This document shows positions 11,155 to 24,512 of a DNA stretch of 64,000 nt, in pieces (the first letter of the stretch is position 1; the number at the start of each line of letters is the position of its first letter). Source of the stretch: Curvularia clavata (Eukaryota); NCBI GenBank assembly GCA_023920165.1, contig CP089275.1, positions 4,526,001 to 4,590,000 of the forward strand. Reading direction: 5' to 3'. Under the pieces are notes generated by a model. It was not told the DNA's origin, did not search any database, and saw nothing but the letters and a program-made list of their open reading frames with translations. A program made the position numbers and the translations under genes.

Positions 11155-14100
11155 ATGACGACTAAACCCCAACCCCACGAGGCCGACACCGGAATGACTG
11201 GAGCACAAGACTCGTACTCGCAAGCTGAGCCTTCTGTTGACGAGCCCTTGGGCAACGGTGTCAGTCAGGTGCATCATGGCAGCGATGAAATGGAAGTGGA
11301 CGTTGCCGCTCATCATGATAGCGATCAACCCGGTTCCTCTGATGATTCGTCACGCCATCAAGCCGATCCATTCCATATCTGTAGCGAAGAGCGTCCTCAA
11401 GACGAACCCGACTCATTGTTCGTTCCAGAAAATGATTCCACTCCCCTCAGAAACATTCGTGAACCTCCTGCCCCGGAGGATGGGACTGATTCTTCACATG
11501 TGCCAGCTCCGTCTCCGGCTCCAAAACCTCGTCAGACGGTACCCATTAATTCATCATTCCTGGACCGGATCCGCAATATGAACAAGAGACACACCGACAA
11601 GAAACGGAATCGCGGCCAAACCCAAGGAGCAGGAGTTGATAGCAGCGCCTACAGCAAGCAGTACGCCCTCGATGATGACGAAAGAGCACACAAAAAAGCC
11701 CAGGAAGAATTCGAAAAGAAAGCACGGTACTACGACGAAATGAGGGAAAAGCATGGAGGAAGTCTTCCCTTTGCGCTCGATATCGAATGGATGAGGGTTA
11801 AATCTCATGAAGAAGCGAGGCTGAAAAAGCGAGCCCAAGACATTGCCAAAGCCCAAGAGGATGAAGACGACAGTTCAAACGCATCCCATCTATATGAACG
11901 CATGCAAACTCGCGAGGAAGACGAGCAATCAGACACCGGCATTGACCAATCTCACCCTCCCAACAACATTTCTATTGAGGGTGTCGAACTCCAAAGCATG
12001 AGAGTCGCGCTCGAAGCCGAGAACGACGACCCGAGTAAGAAGCGGAAGAAAAAAGACAAGGGGCCCGGAAACAAGGCAAAACCCAAGCAAGCCAGGAAAA
12101 GAAAAGACCCAGCGGCCCCGAAGAAAGTTACTAAGAGACAGTCAAAGAAGAACAAGAAAGCGATGGATAACGCGGCCAAGCAAGCGTCCTCACTCCTCTA
12201 TTCCAACATCTTCACTCAGCAGGCTGGCCCAGATGCAGCAGAGCAACCATCTTTCACGTCACGGAACAGGAAAGAGGCATTGAAGGAGCTTATTGCTAGC
12301 GTACCCCTAGAAGATGAGAAGCAGGCGAAAAGCGACATCTCGCAATTGTCGAAAGCAGCGGCAGCTTTCAGCCGGCAAGCCGTAAAGCCCGATGCTAAGG
12401 GTGGTCTCTGGTCCGTCAGAGGCATGGAGACATCTTTGAAGGCGTACCAACTCCTCGGCAGTGCATTCATGCGGAATCGCGAGAATTCTGTGCAAGAGCC
12501 AAAAGGAGGTTTGTTGGCGGACCAAATGGGACTTGGCAAGACGCTTATGACTCTGGGTAAGTGACTTTGCAAAACCATATGTCAAAGGTAATCGTACTGA
12601 CTTCCTTTCTTTTCTTTCTCGCAGCAAACATCCTTGATGGCCGGCCGCCCAAAAACAGCACGGGACCCAACACGACGCTCATTGTTGCCAGCCCCGCTCT
12701 GCTCACTCAGTGGTGGAGCGAGATCGAAAAACACAGCTCAGCCAAACTGTCCATCATGCGTTTTGGCGCAGGGAACCGAGTTGACTCGAACAACAATATT
12801 AAGGTTCTGAGTAGCTTTGACATTGTGCTCGCCACGTACACCGAGGTGATGAAGTCTTATCCAAAGAACAGCCCACCGCCTTCATGTGAGACAGACGAAC
12901 AGAAGGAGCGGTGGTGGGCTGAGACGTACGAGAAAAGGCGAGGCCCTCTGCACCGCATACATTTCCTCCGCGTTGTCCTGGATGAAGCCCAGGCCATCAA
13001 GAACCACTTGTCGCTCACATCGATCGCCTGCCGCGGCCTGATAGCCGACCACAAATGGGCTCTCAGCGGAACACCGATCCAGAACAGCTTAACTGAGCTG
13101 TATCCTTACTTCAAATTCATCGGTGTTCCGTATACGGGCGATTATGACAGCTTCAAGGAATATTATTGCAAACCCAAAGATCCAGTGAGGCTTCTGGTAC
13201 GTCTCAATCAGTTTATGCTGCGTCGGACGCATGCGGATGAGATGTTTGGTGCGCCGATTCTCAAACTGCCGCAGGCGAATCAGTCCACATATTGGTGCGA
13301 GTTTAATTCGGTGGAGCGCTGCATCTACGGCATTGTACAAGAGCGCTTCATCGAACGCATCAAGCGATTCATGACCGAAAGGGTTTTGAATAGGTCGTAC
13401 AGCAACCTGCTTGTGTAAGTCACGTCAATTCCCTTTCGTCGTATGGCTAGAGTTCTCTAACAGAATACAGCATGTTACTCAGACTACGCCAACTAGCCGC
13501 CCACATTCTGATGCTTCAATTTGTCATGAGAGATCTTCTGGAAATGCGAGATATTGAGCGCATCAGAGAGGTGGTTGAGAGACAGGCAGCTGTCAGCAGC
13601 ACTCAAGGTGGAAAGACAATCATTGCGATTCGAAAGCAGCTTGACAAACTGGCGGAGGACGAGAAGAACCGGAAGAAGACAGGACCTGACGATTCGGGAG
13701 CGAACCGCGACGAAGCCGAGGATCTCGACGAGAACAATATCGACGAAGGAAACCCCGAGACAGCTCGTCGTTACAAAGCAGGTGGAAAATTCGGAAAAGA
13801 GTACAACTTCAAGCCCTTTATCAACAGCCTAAGAACAGGCGAGAGCTGGGAGAAGGCAAAGAGAGAAGCGAAGTGTGGGGCCTGCGGGAAGCGGCCGAAA
13901 CTTCCTATGCTCACCTCGTGCGGACACCTCATTTGCGTCAACCCCTGCTACGAAAATGCTTGTATGGAAAGTGCCGAACAAGGCGACGAGAATCCGGCTT
14001 GCACATCCTGTGGCGAGATACCTCAATGGGTGCAGCAATGTGACCTAGACGATTTAGATTGGTCCGACATGCCTGCCTCTGGCACACGACTGAATGTTAA

Positions 14101-14989
14101 GAAGAAGGAAGACCGACGTGCGAAGCGCCTTCGCAATGAGAAAATTCAGGAGGATTGGCTGGCTAGCTTGGGAGATGATGTATTACCGTCAGCAAAGACT
14201 ATCGCAGTCAAGTCGCAGATCATGAATTGGCTCAACGAGGACCCGAAGGTCAAGATTATCGTCTACACCCAGTTTCTTGCCATGTAAGTCGGGCTCAGCT
14301 TTTGTCTATCTGCGCTAACAAGCCACAGGGTTCAGATTTTGGAACGTGTTTGCCAAAACGAAGGCTGGAAAGCTCTTCAGGTGAGTTACTGGATAGATTG
14401 CTGGGGCGTATACAGCCACCCCAGGAACTTGACTTACTGACCACGTGCGCAGTATCACGGTAACATGACGCTACTGGCTCGCAACAAGGCGATCCAGGCG
14501 TTCGAGAAGGACGAAGAGGCGAGGATTCTCTTAGCAAGCATGCACTGCGGTGGTTGTAAGTGCTTGTATTTGCCACAGCTATCCATAAACACTAACAGCC
14601 TCATAGTAGGACTAAACCTGACCATGGCCTCCAAAGTTATCATCATCGACCCGTGGTGGAACACGGCGGTGGAACAGCAAGCTTTCTGCCGCGTATTCCG
14701 CATTGGTCAAGACCAAGAGACTTACATGAGCCGTCTCTGCGCCAAAGCGACAGTCGACGAGAAAATCATGAAAATTCAAGAGAGAAAGGAAAAAGAGATC
14801 AAACGAGTTATGGAAGAAGGAGGAAAACCAGTAGAGGGGTGCGTTTTACCGACTGCAATGTCTCTGCAAAGCTAACCAAATCGCAGTATGAGTGTGCGTA
14901 GACTGATGGAAGTGTTTGGGGTCGTTGGAGAGGAGGGCAGCGACGCCGAGGACCTGGACGAGGTCCATGACGATGAAGACGAGATCTAG
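11155..14989 (+). CDS. SNF2-family ATPase with inserted RING finger (Rad5/Rad16/Uls1-like), about 7 exons
   Basis: GGLLADQMGLGKT (Walker A), RVVLDEAQ (Walker B), ALSGTPIQN, RING CGACG..SCGHLIC..C..CTSC, SAKT, GLNLTMASKVIIIDPWWN and QAFCRVFRIGQ, with GT-AG introns joining the ORFs. Confidence 0.92.
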
Positions 14990-15267
14990 CGGCGGTATGG
15001 ATGGTAGCTAAAAGTGCTTTTTCGACTGGATGGATATGGGATCCTGTGGCAAATACAGCCACTTCTTCTACTGAATGCATATGGATTCGTGTGGCAACTA
15101 CGGTGCTTTTTGCTTTGGAGTAATCGATCGAGGTCAAAGATAAGCTGTAGCTGCCACGACTATTTACTCGAGTATCTCGGGCCAATCACGGGCCGAATAA
15201 TAGCAACGCCGTCCGCCCCACCATCACCCCACATACTGCATCTCCGGTAAACCTCCCAAGATCTGTA

Positions 15268-18170
15268 ATGGAGAACAGCAACACTGCGGAAGCGCAACCA
15301 ACGGCTTCCGAGACGCCTGCCAAGAAAGGACGCAGAGGCAAACGCGACGCCGGCGGCGACGACTCGAAGAAGAGGCGGTGCATTTCCTCTGCCTGTGTTC
15401 CCTGCAGGAAGCGCAAGTCCAAGGTAGGTCATGTTAGGTAAACGGGACTTGGCCTGACTCCCTTTCTCCGGCACACAATATGCCTTCTCCGGACATTCAC
15501 CACCCCGCGCTGCCCTCGCCCTCCATGTCACGAGCCGTGCGCTGATTCGAGACATAGTGCGACGGAACGACACCCGCCTGCTCTGCGTGTGCCGCCGTCT
15601 ACAACACGCCATGCATATACGATCCGAACTCGGACCACCGGCGCAAAGGCGTCTACAAGAAGGACATTGACAACCTCAAGACGCGTAGTTCGACCCTCCA
15701 AACCCTCATCCAGGCCATCCTCAACTATCCCGAAGAAGAAGTCGCTGGCCTGGTCCACCAGATCCGGACATGTGAGAGTTTGGACTCGGTCGCAGAGGCC
15801 ATCATTGCAAAGGAGAACGGAGAGGACGACGACGATGAGCCCCTCAGCCCCACCACAGCGCCCACGACGGCGCCCGCAGAGGGAAGCTTCGAGAGCCAGT
15901 TGAGCGGAAAGATGGGAGAGTTGCGGTTGGAAGATGGTTCTACAAGATACATTGGCGGTACGTCGCACCTGATCTACCTGGGCAAGGCCAACGACACCGC
16001 CGACTCGCCCGACACGTATTCCGACGACCCATACACGGAGATGCAGGACCCCTTCTGCTCATGGACCACCGTAACCTCGGACCCGGAGCTGGTACAGCAT
16101 CTGATCAGTATGTACTTTTGTTGGCACTACAGCTTCTTCACAACATTATCCAAGAACCTGTTTCTGCAGGAGTTTAGGCTTGGAAAGCCGCCGCCTGGGT
16201 CTGCAAGGAAGAACCAATACTGCTCACCTTTGCTAGTTAATGCCATGTTAGCACTCGGGTGTCACTTCACATCATGGCCTGCCGCCAGAGCTGTCCGCGA
16301 CGACTCTGCGACAGCTGGAGATCATTTCTTCAGGGAGGCAAAGCGACTAATCATGGAGGACGACTTGCACGAGGTCCCAGCACTGACGACAGTGCAAGCG
16401 TTGGCATTGATGTCTGTACGGGAAGCCGGTTGCGGACGAGAAGCCAAGGGCTGGGTGTACAGCGGCATGTCCTTCCGGATGGCTTGCGACCTTGGCCTCA
16501 ACCTCGGCATGCATAGTAGAGACGCCATTGACGAAAACGAAGAAGACGCACGAAGAATCACATTCTGGGGCTGCTTCTTGTTCGACAAGTGTTGGAGCAA
16601 CTACCTTGGAAGATTGCCGCAACTTCCAAACACAATTATCACGGTGCCCAAGTTCGATGTCTTCCCTGTGGAAGATGCGGAGACATGGAGTGCAGTCACT
16701 GACTCTGGCCTCAGTCAGGCACATTCTCAACCCAGCAGGACGCGCGCGGTCGCTCTTCAAATTTCAAAACTTTGCGAGATCTCCAGCGACTTGATGAGTT
16801 CTTTCTACAATCCTATTGACATGGACAAGGTCAAGGGAAAGCAGGCAGAGCTGAAGAAGCTCAGTGAGATACACATGCGGTTGGAGACATGGAGACGGGA
16901 GCTTCCGAAAGAGCTAGAGCCAAAAGAAGGTGGCTTGCCCCATATGCTTGTCATGCAGTAAGTATTGCCAAATGTCTACATATACTTGTGCTGATGACTG
17001 CATAGTATGTTCTTCCAGTTATTGTACATCCACCTCTTTCGTCCATTCCTCAAGTACAACCCAAACAATTCACCGCTACCTGCCCATGTCTCGCCTCGGA
17101 AGCTTTGCACACAGGCTGCTTCCACGATTTCCAAACTGCTACGATTATACAAGCGATCGCACGGGCTTCGGCAGATCTGTAACATTTGCGTATACATTGC
17201 GCACTCTGCGTGCACGATACACCTTCTCAATCTGCCTGAGAAGAACGCGAAGCGTGATATTATTCATGGTGTCAAGCATTTGGAGGAGATAGCAGAAGGA
17301 TGGCTATGCGCTAGACGGACGCTTGGAATTCTTAGCGTGCTGGCAAAACGCTGGAACGTTGAGTTGCCAGAAGAAGCCGCCGCAGTACTATCCCGTACCG
17401 ATGCCAAGTTTGGTCCCTGGAATGAAATCAGCACTCCGAAGGCACACCGCCGTGCATCTGTACAGACCAGCAACCACCATCCTTCGCCAGCGGATCAAGC
17501 TTCGCCAAGTCTTCAACCATACAGCATGAACATTGCCAGCATGGCAGCCCCGCAACTCTACAATCAAGCGGCAACAGCCCACACTAACTCCGTAAGCATT
17601 AATCCTCCTGCACGCCCTTCTAGCAACCACTCCATACCTCCCTCGGACCCAAACGCTCTGGCTTACATCCGTACCCAGCAACACCCGTCCACACCTCAGA
17701 GTTATCCAGCCGCTTTGAATGCCCCTACTCCAGCTTCAACACAAGGACGCCGGTCCGTTGATGGCGGACACACCACTGCTGGAAACTCACCCAGCCACCT
17801 CTTCGGTGGCGTAGATCAACTTTTGCGTGAAGGTCAAGACTGGATCTACCGAGACCAAACCCAGCTTGCAAATGATTTCGAGAACTGGAATCCACAGAGT
17901 GTAGATGACATTGCTAGTTGGTTTGCAAGTACAGCAAATTCCACAGGCGCGTTCCAGCCCGTGACGAGTACTGCGCCTGTGACCACCAATGAGCTTAATG
18001 GAGGCCCAGTGGGTGGCGGTGATGGTGTTGCCGTCACGGCAAATAGGTTTCCGAACGGAGGTTTCAGCGGTAATTCGAATGGTCAGAATTTAAACAGATT
18101 CGGGAGTATGGATCTCAATGGTATGGGCTTGCAAGGGTTTACGTATGACGAGCAGAGTTGGTACCAGTGA
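15268..18170 (+). CDS. nirA: Nitrate-assimilation Zn2Cys6 transcription factor NirA/NIT-4
   Basis: The spliced Zn cluster CISSACVPCRKRKSK|CDGTTPACSACAAVYNTPC followed by IYDPNSDHRRKGVYKKD matches NirA/NIT-4 as recalled. Fungal_trans domain (RRITFWGCFLFDK); introns about 15424-15557 and 16958-17005. Confidence 0.9.
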
Positions 18171-19068
18171 GGGGACCGAATTGGGTGCGTATGCTTTTCT
18201 TGGCTGTGGTGTCAAAGGAATTACCCACTTTAGATTTTTTTTTGGAAGGAACATCAGGCGTTGCGTTTTGACTTGTCAAACCGTCACTTTTCATACACAG
18301 AGTACATGAACTTTGTTATGTTTTTTTTTTTGAGAGGGTTTTTCGGTTTTGATCAATACATGTAGGGCGTTTTTCTGGAGGCTTTGAAGACAAGAGGCGT
18401 TCTCGTATAGGGGGTTTAATGAACGAAGACCGGGACGGTACGCAATCACATTCTTGTATTGGTTCACTGTTTAGAGGTTGTTGAACATCACATCCCATTC
18501 TATGCATGTGCCTTGATCCGTATGCCCTGTACATGCGGCTCTCGAGGAACGAAAGTTGATATTACCGAATCCTGCAATGAGAAGCTGTTCGCTGGGCGGA
18601 AACGCAGTGTACTTACAAAGAACCGCGTGCAGCCTTATCGGTTGGGACGAGCGGTTGATCTTCAAGTGCTGGCTGTGTGCATGCGCAACATTGGTTCTCT
18701 GATCTTGAGAGGATATCTTGTAGCAGGAGATCTGTATTCATTGTTACCATACTGTTCTTTAGAAGAGCAACGCACTTGAATGCAGGCTCGTTCCAACAGA
18801 CAAGAGAGGTGGCAATGCAGAGATAGAAATTAAACATTTTTTGTTTCTTTCAATGTCAACTACGCAGTTTTCTGTGCCTATTCATAGACATGAAGGGGGT
18901 GTTGGGTATCCGCAGCACTTTAATAAAAAGAAAATTACAAAAACTCCGTTTCCTAATAACCCAACATAAGAGACCTCATTGTTCGCCTAAGCTTCTTGGA
19001 CAAATTTCCAGGGGCGAAAGTATTTACATGAATGAAAGAACAAAACGTATTAACAATACATAAAAGGT

Positions 19069-20804
19069 CTAGCACTGGTTCTCTTGGATATCGGGGTAGA
19101 ACCACGCGGCAAGCGCAATGATGACGTAACTTGCCATGAGCAAAACACCTTCGAGCCAATCTGCATCTTGTTAGGAAAATGTTCAAAACATGTAGTGTAC
19201 AGTGTGGACTTACGTGACTTTCCGTCTTGAATCAGGTAGTTGACAAGCAACACCGAGACAAAGAGTGTGGCGATTTGGAAGGTATCAAAGTAGAGAGTCA
19301 TGCAATCCTTGCCCAGGATCCAACCGAGGATGACGATAAGAGGGAAGACGAGAAGCGCAATCTGCATACTGGATCCGACAGCAACACCAATGGAAAGGTC
19401 CATCTTATCCTTAATGGCAACGGTGACGGCAGTGGCGTGCTCAGCTGCGTTGCCAACGATGGGGAGCAGGATAAGACCAACGAAAGTGGTCGAAACACCA
19501 CCAGTAGCGGTAAGACCATCGATACTCGAGACCATGAATTCAGAGCAGAAGGCGACGAGGGTAGTGGAAATGGCGAGAGTGATGAGAGCACCAATGATCG
19601 AGAGCGATGGCTCTTCAAACTCTTCCTCGTCATCGTCGTCTGCGTCGGTGCTCTTGATAAGCTGTTTCAGGTTTACATTGCCACCAGAAGCTGCGGCAGT
19701 ACCGGCGCCAATAGCTGCAATACCACGTGATGCATCGCCTTCTTCCTTCTTGCCGGACTTGCGCTTGGGCACCTTCTGGCTGGGCTCGTTGTACATAGTG
19801 ACGTGTGTCTTCAGCTGGAATGCAAGGTAGCAACCGTAAACGAGTAGAAGAATGACGGCAGTTCCATGAGACAATTCCTGGTTCCTCACAGCATCCTCCC
19901 TGCCGTTGTGTTCGACTGCGTCGTCTTCGGCGATGGTGTTGTGAAAAACGGTCGGAATGATAAGGGATGCAATGCAGAGAGCGAGCAATGAAGCCGCCGT
20001 CTGAGCCACTGTCACGTTGAAAAACTGTTCCGTTCGGTTGAGACCTCCAAGGAAGAAAGACATTCCCAGAACAAGCAGTAAGTTGGACAGCATACTGCCG
20101 ATAAGCGAGGTCTTGACGATAGTGATCTCGTTCTTGATCAAGGCTTGGACAGACACGATGAGTTCGACAGCGTTGCCGAAAGTGGCGTTCAGAAGACCGC
20201 CGAGGGTCTCACCGACGCGAATGGCGAGTTCTTCAGTCGCATTACTCAACATGGCTGCCAGTGGGATAATGGCAATGAAGTTGATGATGAAAACGGGCAC
20301 AGGTTTGAGCCCGGCGTAGTAAACGGCGAACCCGACAGGAACAAAGAGGAGGAGGATGTTGATCCAAGCACCAAATAGGACAAAGCGGATTTGGGCACCG
20401 ATGGGGATCTTCCTCTTGAAGGCCTTCTTTTTGCGCTCTTCCAATGACAGGTCGTCTGCCTCGGGGGCTTCGAGGCCAGCATGCTCCTGGTCTTCGTGCT
20501 CTTTTCGGAAAATGCCCTTGAACTTGGCTCGTCGAGTGGGACCAAGGTTCTGCTCCTCGTGTGGGGGTGCAAGAGTACTATCGGCCGATGCTTTGTGGTT
20601 AGTGGCTGTCTCGGGAGCGCTGTCTTCTTCGGTTGATGACTTTGGAACGGCCGTTGAGGCAGTTGCATGCGTTTGCGACGAAGAAGCGGGCTCTGTGTTG
20701 TGGTGCTCTGGCATTCCAAATTCTTTTTCTGATTCCATGGTTTCCAGTCTTCTTTGTGCTTCAATGGCCGATGTTGCATTTCCTTCGGATCGTACCCTGT
20801 GCAT
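19069..20804 (-). CDS. VCX1: Vacuolar Ca2+/H+ exchanger (CAX family)
   Basis: Alpha-repeats GLLNATFGNAVELI and LLPIVGNAAEH, acidic loop DDDDEEEFEE, and a last exon HWLEGVLLMASY after an intron at about 19162-19213. Confidence 0.93.
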
Positions 20805-22390
20805 TGGGTTTTCTATATCATGATTTTCTCGCGACCTTTGGCGAGCGAAGGGGTTGTAGTTGTTGGCTCCATTGCTACCGTGTTGTGACGCAACACGATG
20901 CGCGTGTCTCCGTACGGTGTCTGTATGTGTCGTATTGCGTTAGTATGGTGGATCTGGCGATGCTGTGGGCTTGATGTGGATAGACAGGGCACAGGGTCCG
21001 CTTACGCATTGAGATATCACTGTGTCCGGACCGTTTCACTCAACACAGGGGCGGGGAATCGAGGGTGTTTGGCTCGAGTAAGGTGTGGAAAAGCAAGTCT
21101 CGAGGTGGTGTCGAGGTGGGTGGGCGCAAAGGACGGGTGGAAGGAAATGAGAAAGGGAGAAAGGGACCAACGGGGGATAATAAAGTGGCCCTGCCTTGCT
21201 TAACGCAAAGACAGCGCACAGTCGTACGTAGGCGCGTCAGTTGTTGTGGCGCAAGGCGAAAGCAACAAATAAGGACAGCAGAGCGAGTCTTCAGCCACAG
21301 ATCTGCTCCGGCCGGACTGCTCTGTTATGTGGCGGTGTTGGGTAGCGCAGCGAATCGCGCAGCACAATTGAGTTTGGAGGCTGTGCCGGCGGCAACCATT
21401 GCTTCAAATGAAAACATCGACACGAAGATTCAACGTCATGATATTCAAGCTTCCAAGGACGGTCCCAAGCAGCGTCTTGATGGTCTTGGCTGCGCTTGAG
21501 CCTTGGATTCTGTGCAGGTCAAGCCTGGGCATGACGCAGGGGCGTAGGCTTATGCACGCTTAATTGGCTGTTTCTGGGCAACAATGCGTTACGATCGCCA
21601 ACAACTATCTGGGGAAGAGCCGTGATATCTTGTAAAACTTGCTTGCTTTTTGTTTTGTAGAGAGGGGTTTAGTCACGCATTGACGTATCAAACTAAACTG
21701 TACAGCCTCGCACGCCGTCTAGCATGCTAGCCAACCGTGAATACTTGTAAGTCGGGCCTTTGTCGCTCTAGGCCTCTAGTATCCGCAATGCATCGCCTTC
21801 ACCGTGCAAGAGTGCTGCCAAAGACACTAGGCCTCAGTACTTACGCCACCAACGCTTACGTTGCCATCTCTCAAGCATATCTGTGGTTGCTGATACCACG
21901 TAGCTGCCCAATCGCACAGTGTGCCCAAATAGGCAATTCGTTTTCGGCCGTAGATTGCGGCGGGCACGAGGCATGAGATATCCCGGGCCGGCCCTGTGGA
22001 TTGGTTGTCCAGTCCACGACGCCGAAAGCATGCCGGACCTACGTGCATGGCTGAATGCGGCCGAGTGACGTCGGATCGGCCTGCTTTTCTGCACCCCGCC
22101 ATTTAGCCTACTTGCAATCAATCTCTCTATCCCATACACACACTTGTACGTGTGGATGTAGTCGACTTATGCCCACTCACTCCGTGACGTAATAGTCAGA
22201 CAAACAAACAGATTCCACATTGCAGCCATGCTAGGCGAGACTACCCTCAAACCTACTGCCCATGCTCAACATCGATACCACAGTACGAGATCAACAGAAT
22301 GTCCATTTCCGTTCCATATCAATACAATATTACAACTCATTCCTTCCCAACGCCATGTCATGTCGCGTGATTCCAGATACATCCGCCCAC

Positions 22391-22988
22391 TTACTGATCC
22401 TGCACCTTGTGGTCGCCCTTGATCACATCGGCATATGTCGGCGGTGGTCCTTCCGGCTGACTTGAGCTTCCCTCGCCACCCTGAGCTGCCGGCGCACTTG
22501 GAGCGGGTGCGCTACCCTTCGCGCTCTGCTGTCCCTGAGGCTGTGGGAAGCTGTTTGTAACGCCACTCTGCTGTCCTGGGAATTGTCCGCTGCTCGGCTG
22601 GCTGGACACAGTACCGTAGTTCGTAGGTCTGCCCGCGGCCTGCTCGTGCGAGATAACATAGTATGTGACTCTTCCATCGCTGCTTCTTCCGTATTCGCGA
22701 TCGGGAACTTGCTGGTACGCGTCGTATGGATCGGGGTTCTGCAGGATCACGTACCAGGCGTGAAGGAGGCCGGGGAGGAAACCGAGACAGCAGAGGGCGA
22801 GGTTGATGAGCGAGTCGGCGCTACACAGGCCCTTCTTTACCCACACACCCACAGGTGGGAACTGGGAGATATGTTAGCTATTGAACTAAAACAATCCCAG
22901 ACCAACAGTCGCTGCCTATTCGGCTGACAGGCATGCGCAAACGTACCAGGACGCTGAGGAGCATCAGGAAACAGTCAGAGCCACACAT
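22391..22988 (-). CDS. Pmp3/UPF0057 (Sna3-like) small membrane protein with C-terminal PY motif
   Basis: MCGSDCFLMLLSVL|FPPVGVWVKKGLCSADSLINLALCCLGFLPGLLHAWYVI, with a tail containing PPPTY. Confidence 0.88.
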
Positions 22989-24512
22989 GGTTGCGACTTC
23001 TGCGTATGATATAGTATCAGTGTTAGTGTAGAATGCGCTGGACGCGGTTGTCGGTGCAATGGAACAGATGTCGTGATGGAAGAGTGTCGCCTGAACTTGA
23101 GCTGCGCACCACTGCATCAGATGACGCACCTAATGGCTCAGATGTGTGGCTTAGCTGCACCGTGCACAGACCTCATTGACACATCTTCAAAGTCCAGTTC
23201 GTCAATATTATATTACTCTATATGGTTATCTTTATCTTATCGTGCGAGATCTAAAGACTCTTTCTCTATAAAATCAGAGGAAACCCATTTGATGATTGTA
23301 CGAAAAGCAAGTCACTCGTTCAACATCCCTACAATTCAGGAATCCACAGCGTTGTGATGCCAAGAGAGGAACTTGGAAAGTCGTCATGTCAATACCGTCG
23401 CCCTATGGGTTTATTGTTTGGACATATGTAAGCGGATTTTGAAACTTCATTTCAACCATGATCAAGAAGAGGTGTAGCCCTTGGGCTCATTGCGCATTGT
23501 AGCAGCAGTCATATACGGACAACTCCCTCTTACTCGCAGCCTGTTGCGTGCAACTAATCGCTGATTCGAGTCCTACTTTCAGTAGAAGCTGGCAGGTAGC
23601 CGTCACTGCAAGAGTGTTGGACTATGCACCCCGCACGTCATTCATCTGGAGCAGACAGGTACTGTCCCAAAAATCTAAAAAGCTCCGGTAGAAGAATCTT
23701 TTTGCATGGTCATGTCCAGACAGGTCCATTCAGACACATCAAGCACCCAGTCATTATGCATAAAAATGCTTACTGCAGTGCAGTTGTGTGTGCATGTCAG
23801 TCGTGACGTAGAAACGCCATTGATAGGAGAACTCTCTCGACTTCGCTGTGACTGAAGAGGCAATGAGTAAAAAATTAGAATGTATAACGAAATTAGACGG
23901 GAAGAGATTTGAAGAAGAAGGGTTGACATAGTAACTGGCAAACTGGCCGAAATGTAAATGACGATATGAACGATTTAGAAGCCCAGATTCTTAAAGTCTG
24001 TGCTGCCAAACAAAGTGGAATTAGATGTAGATCTTCGTGAAGAAAGATGAATCGAAATAAGGAACGACCATAACAACAATGTTGAAAGTGATCATGATGG
24101 CGACAATAGTAATAGTAATAAGGATAACAATGAAGAAGACATAATGCGGCGACTGCCAGAAACGAAAATAAAACGCCTACTATCGCTGGTACCCGTGGAC
24201 AGCCTATTCTGATGCACCGAATTGGCCAGTTTTAGGAACAAAGCTGTCTCATGGAAACATGCATTTGGGCCTTAGCGACTTGAAATCGAAGTCTAAAAAT
24301 AAAATGCGATAAGTGAACAGTCCTGACGTATGAGAAATGGCAAGACGTAAGGCTTTCGTAGGTCATGAACGAAGCCGTATTAGCAGAAACGACCGTAAAG
24401 AAGATCCGTATCGTCTGGGAATGATAAAGAAAAATAGAAAGGTGACTGAAGGCCTAGCGAAGAAGAATTAAAGAGGCGATGAAACCTAGGCGCTGGGGTC
24501 GTAAATGGACGT

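Noticed and set aside
15424..15557. Longer nirA intron as snoRNA host or twin intron
   Set aside because: No C/D boxes or rRNA guide seen; it splices in frame as a single GT-AG intron.
15268..18170. Nitrate assimilation cluster or secondary-metabolite cluster
   Set aside because: No niaD/niiA/crnA and no PKS/NRPS/terpene synthase in the window; the neighbours are unrelated housekeeping genes.
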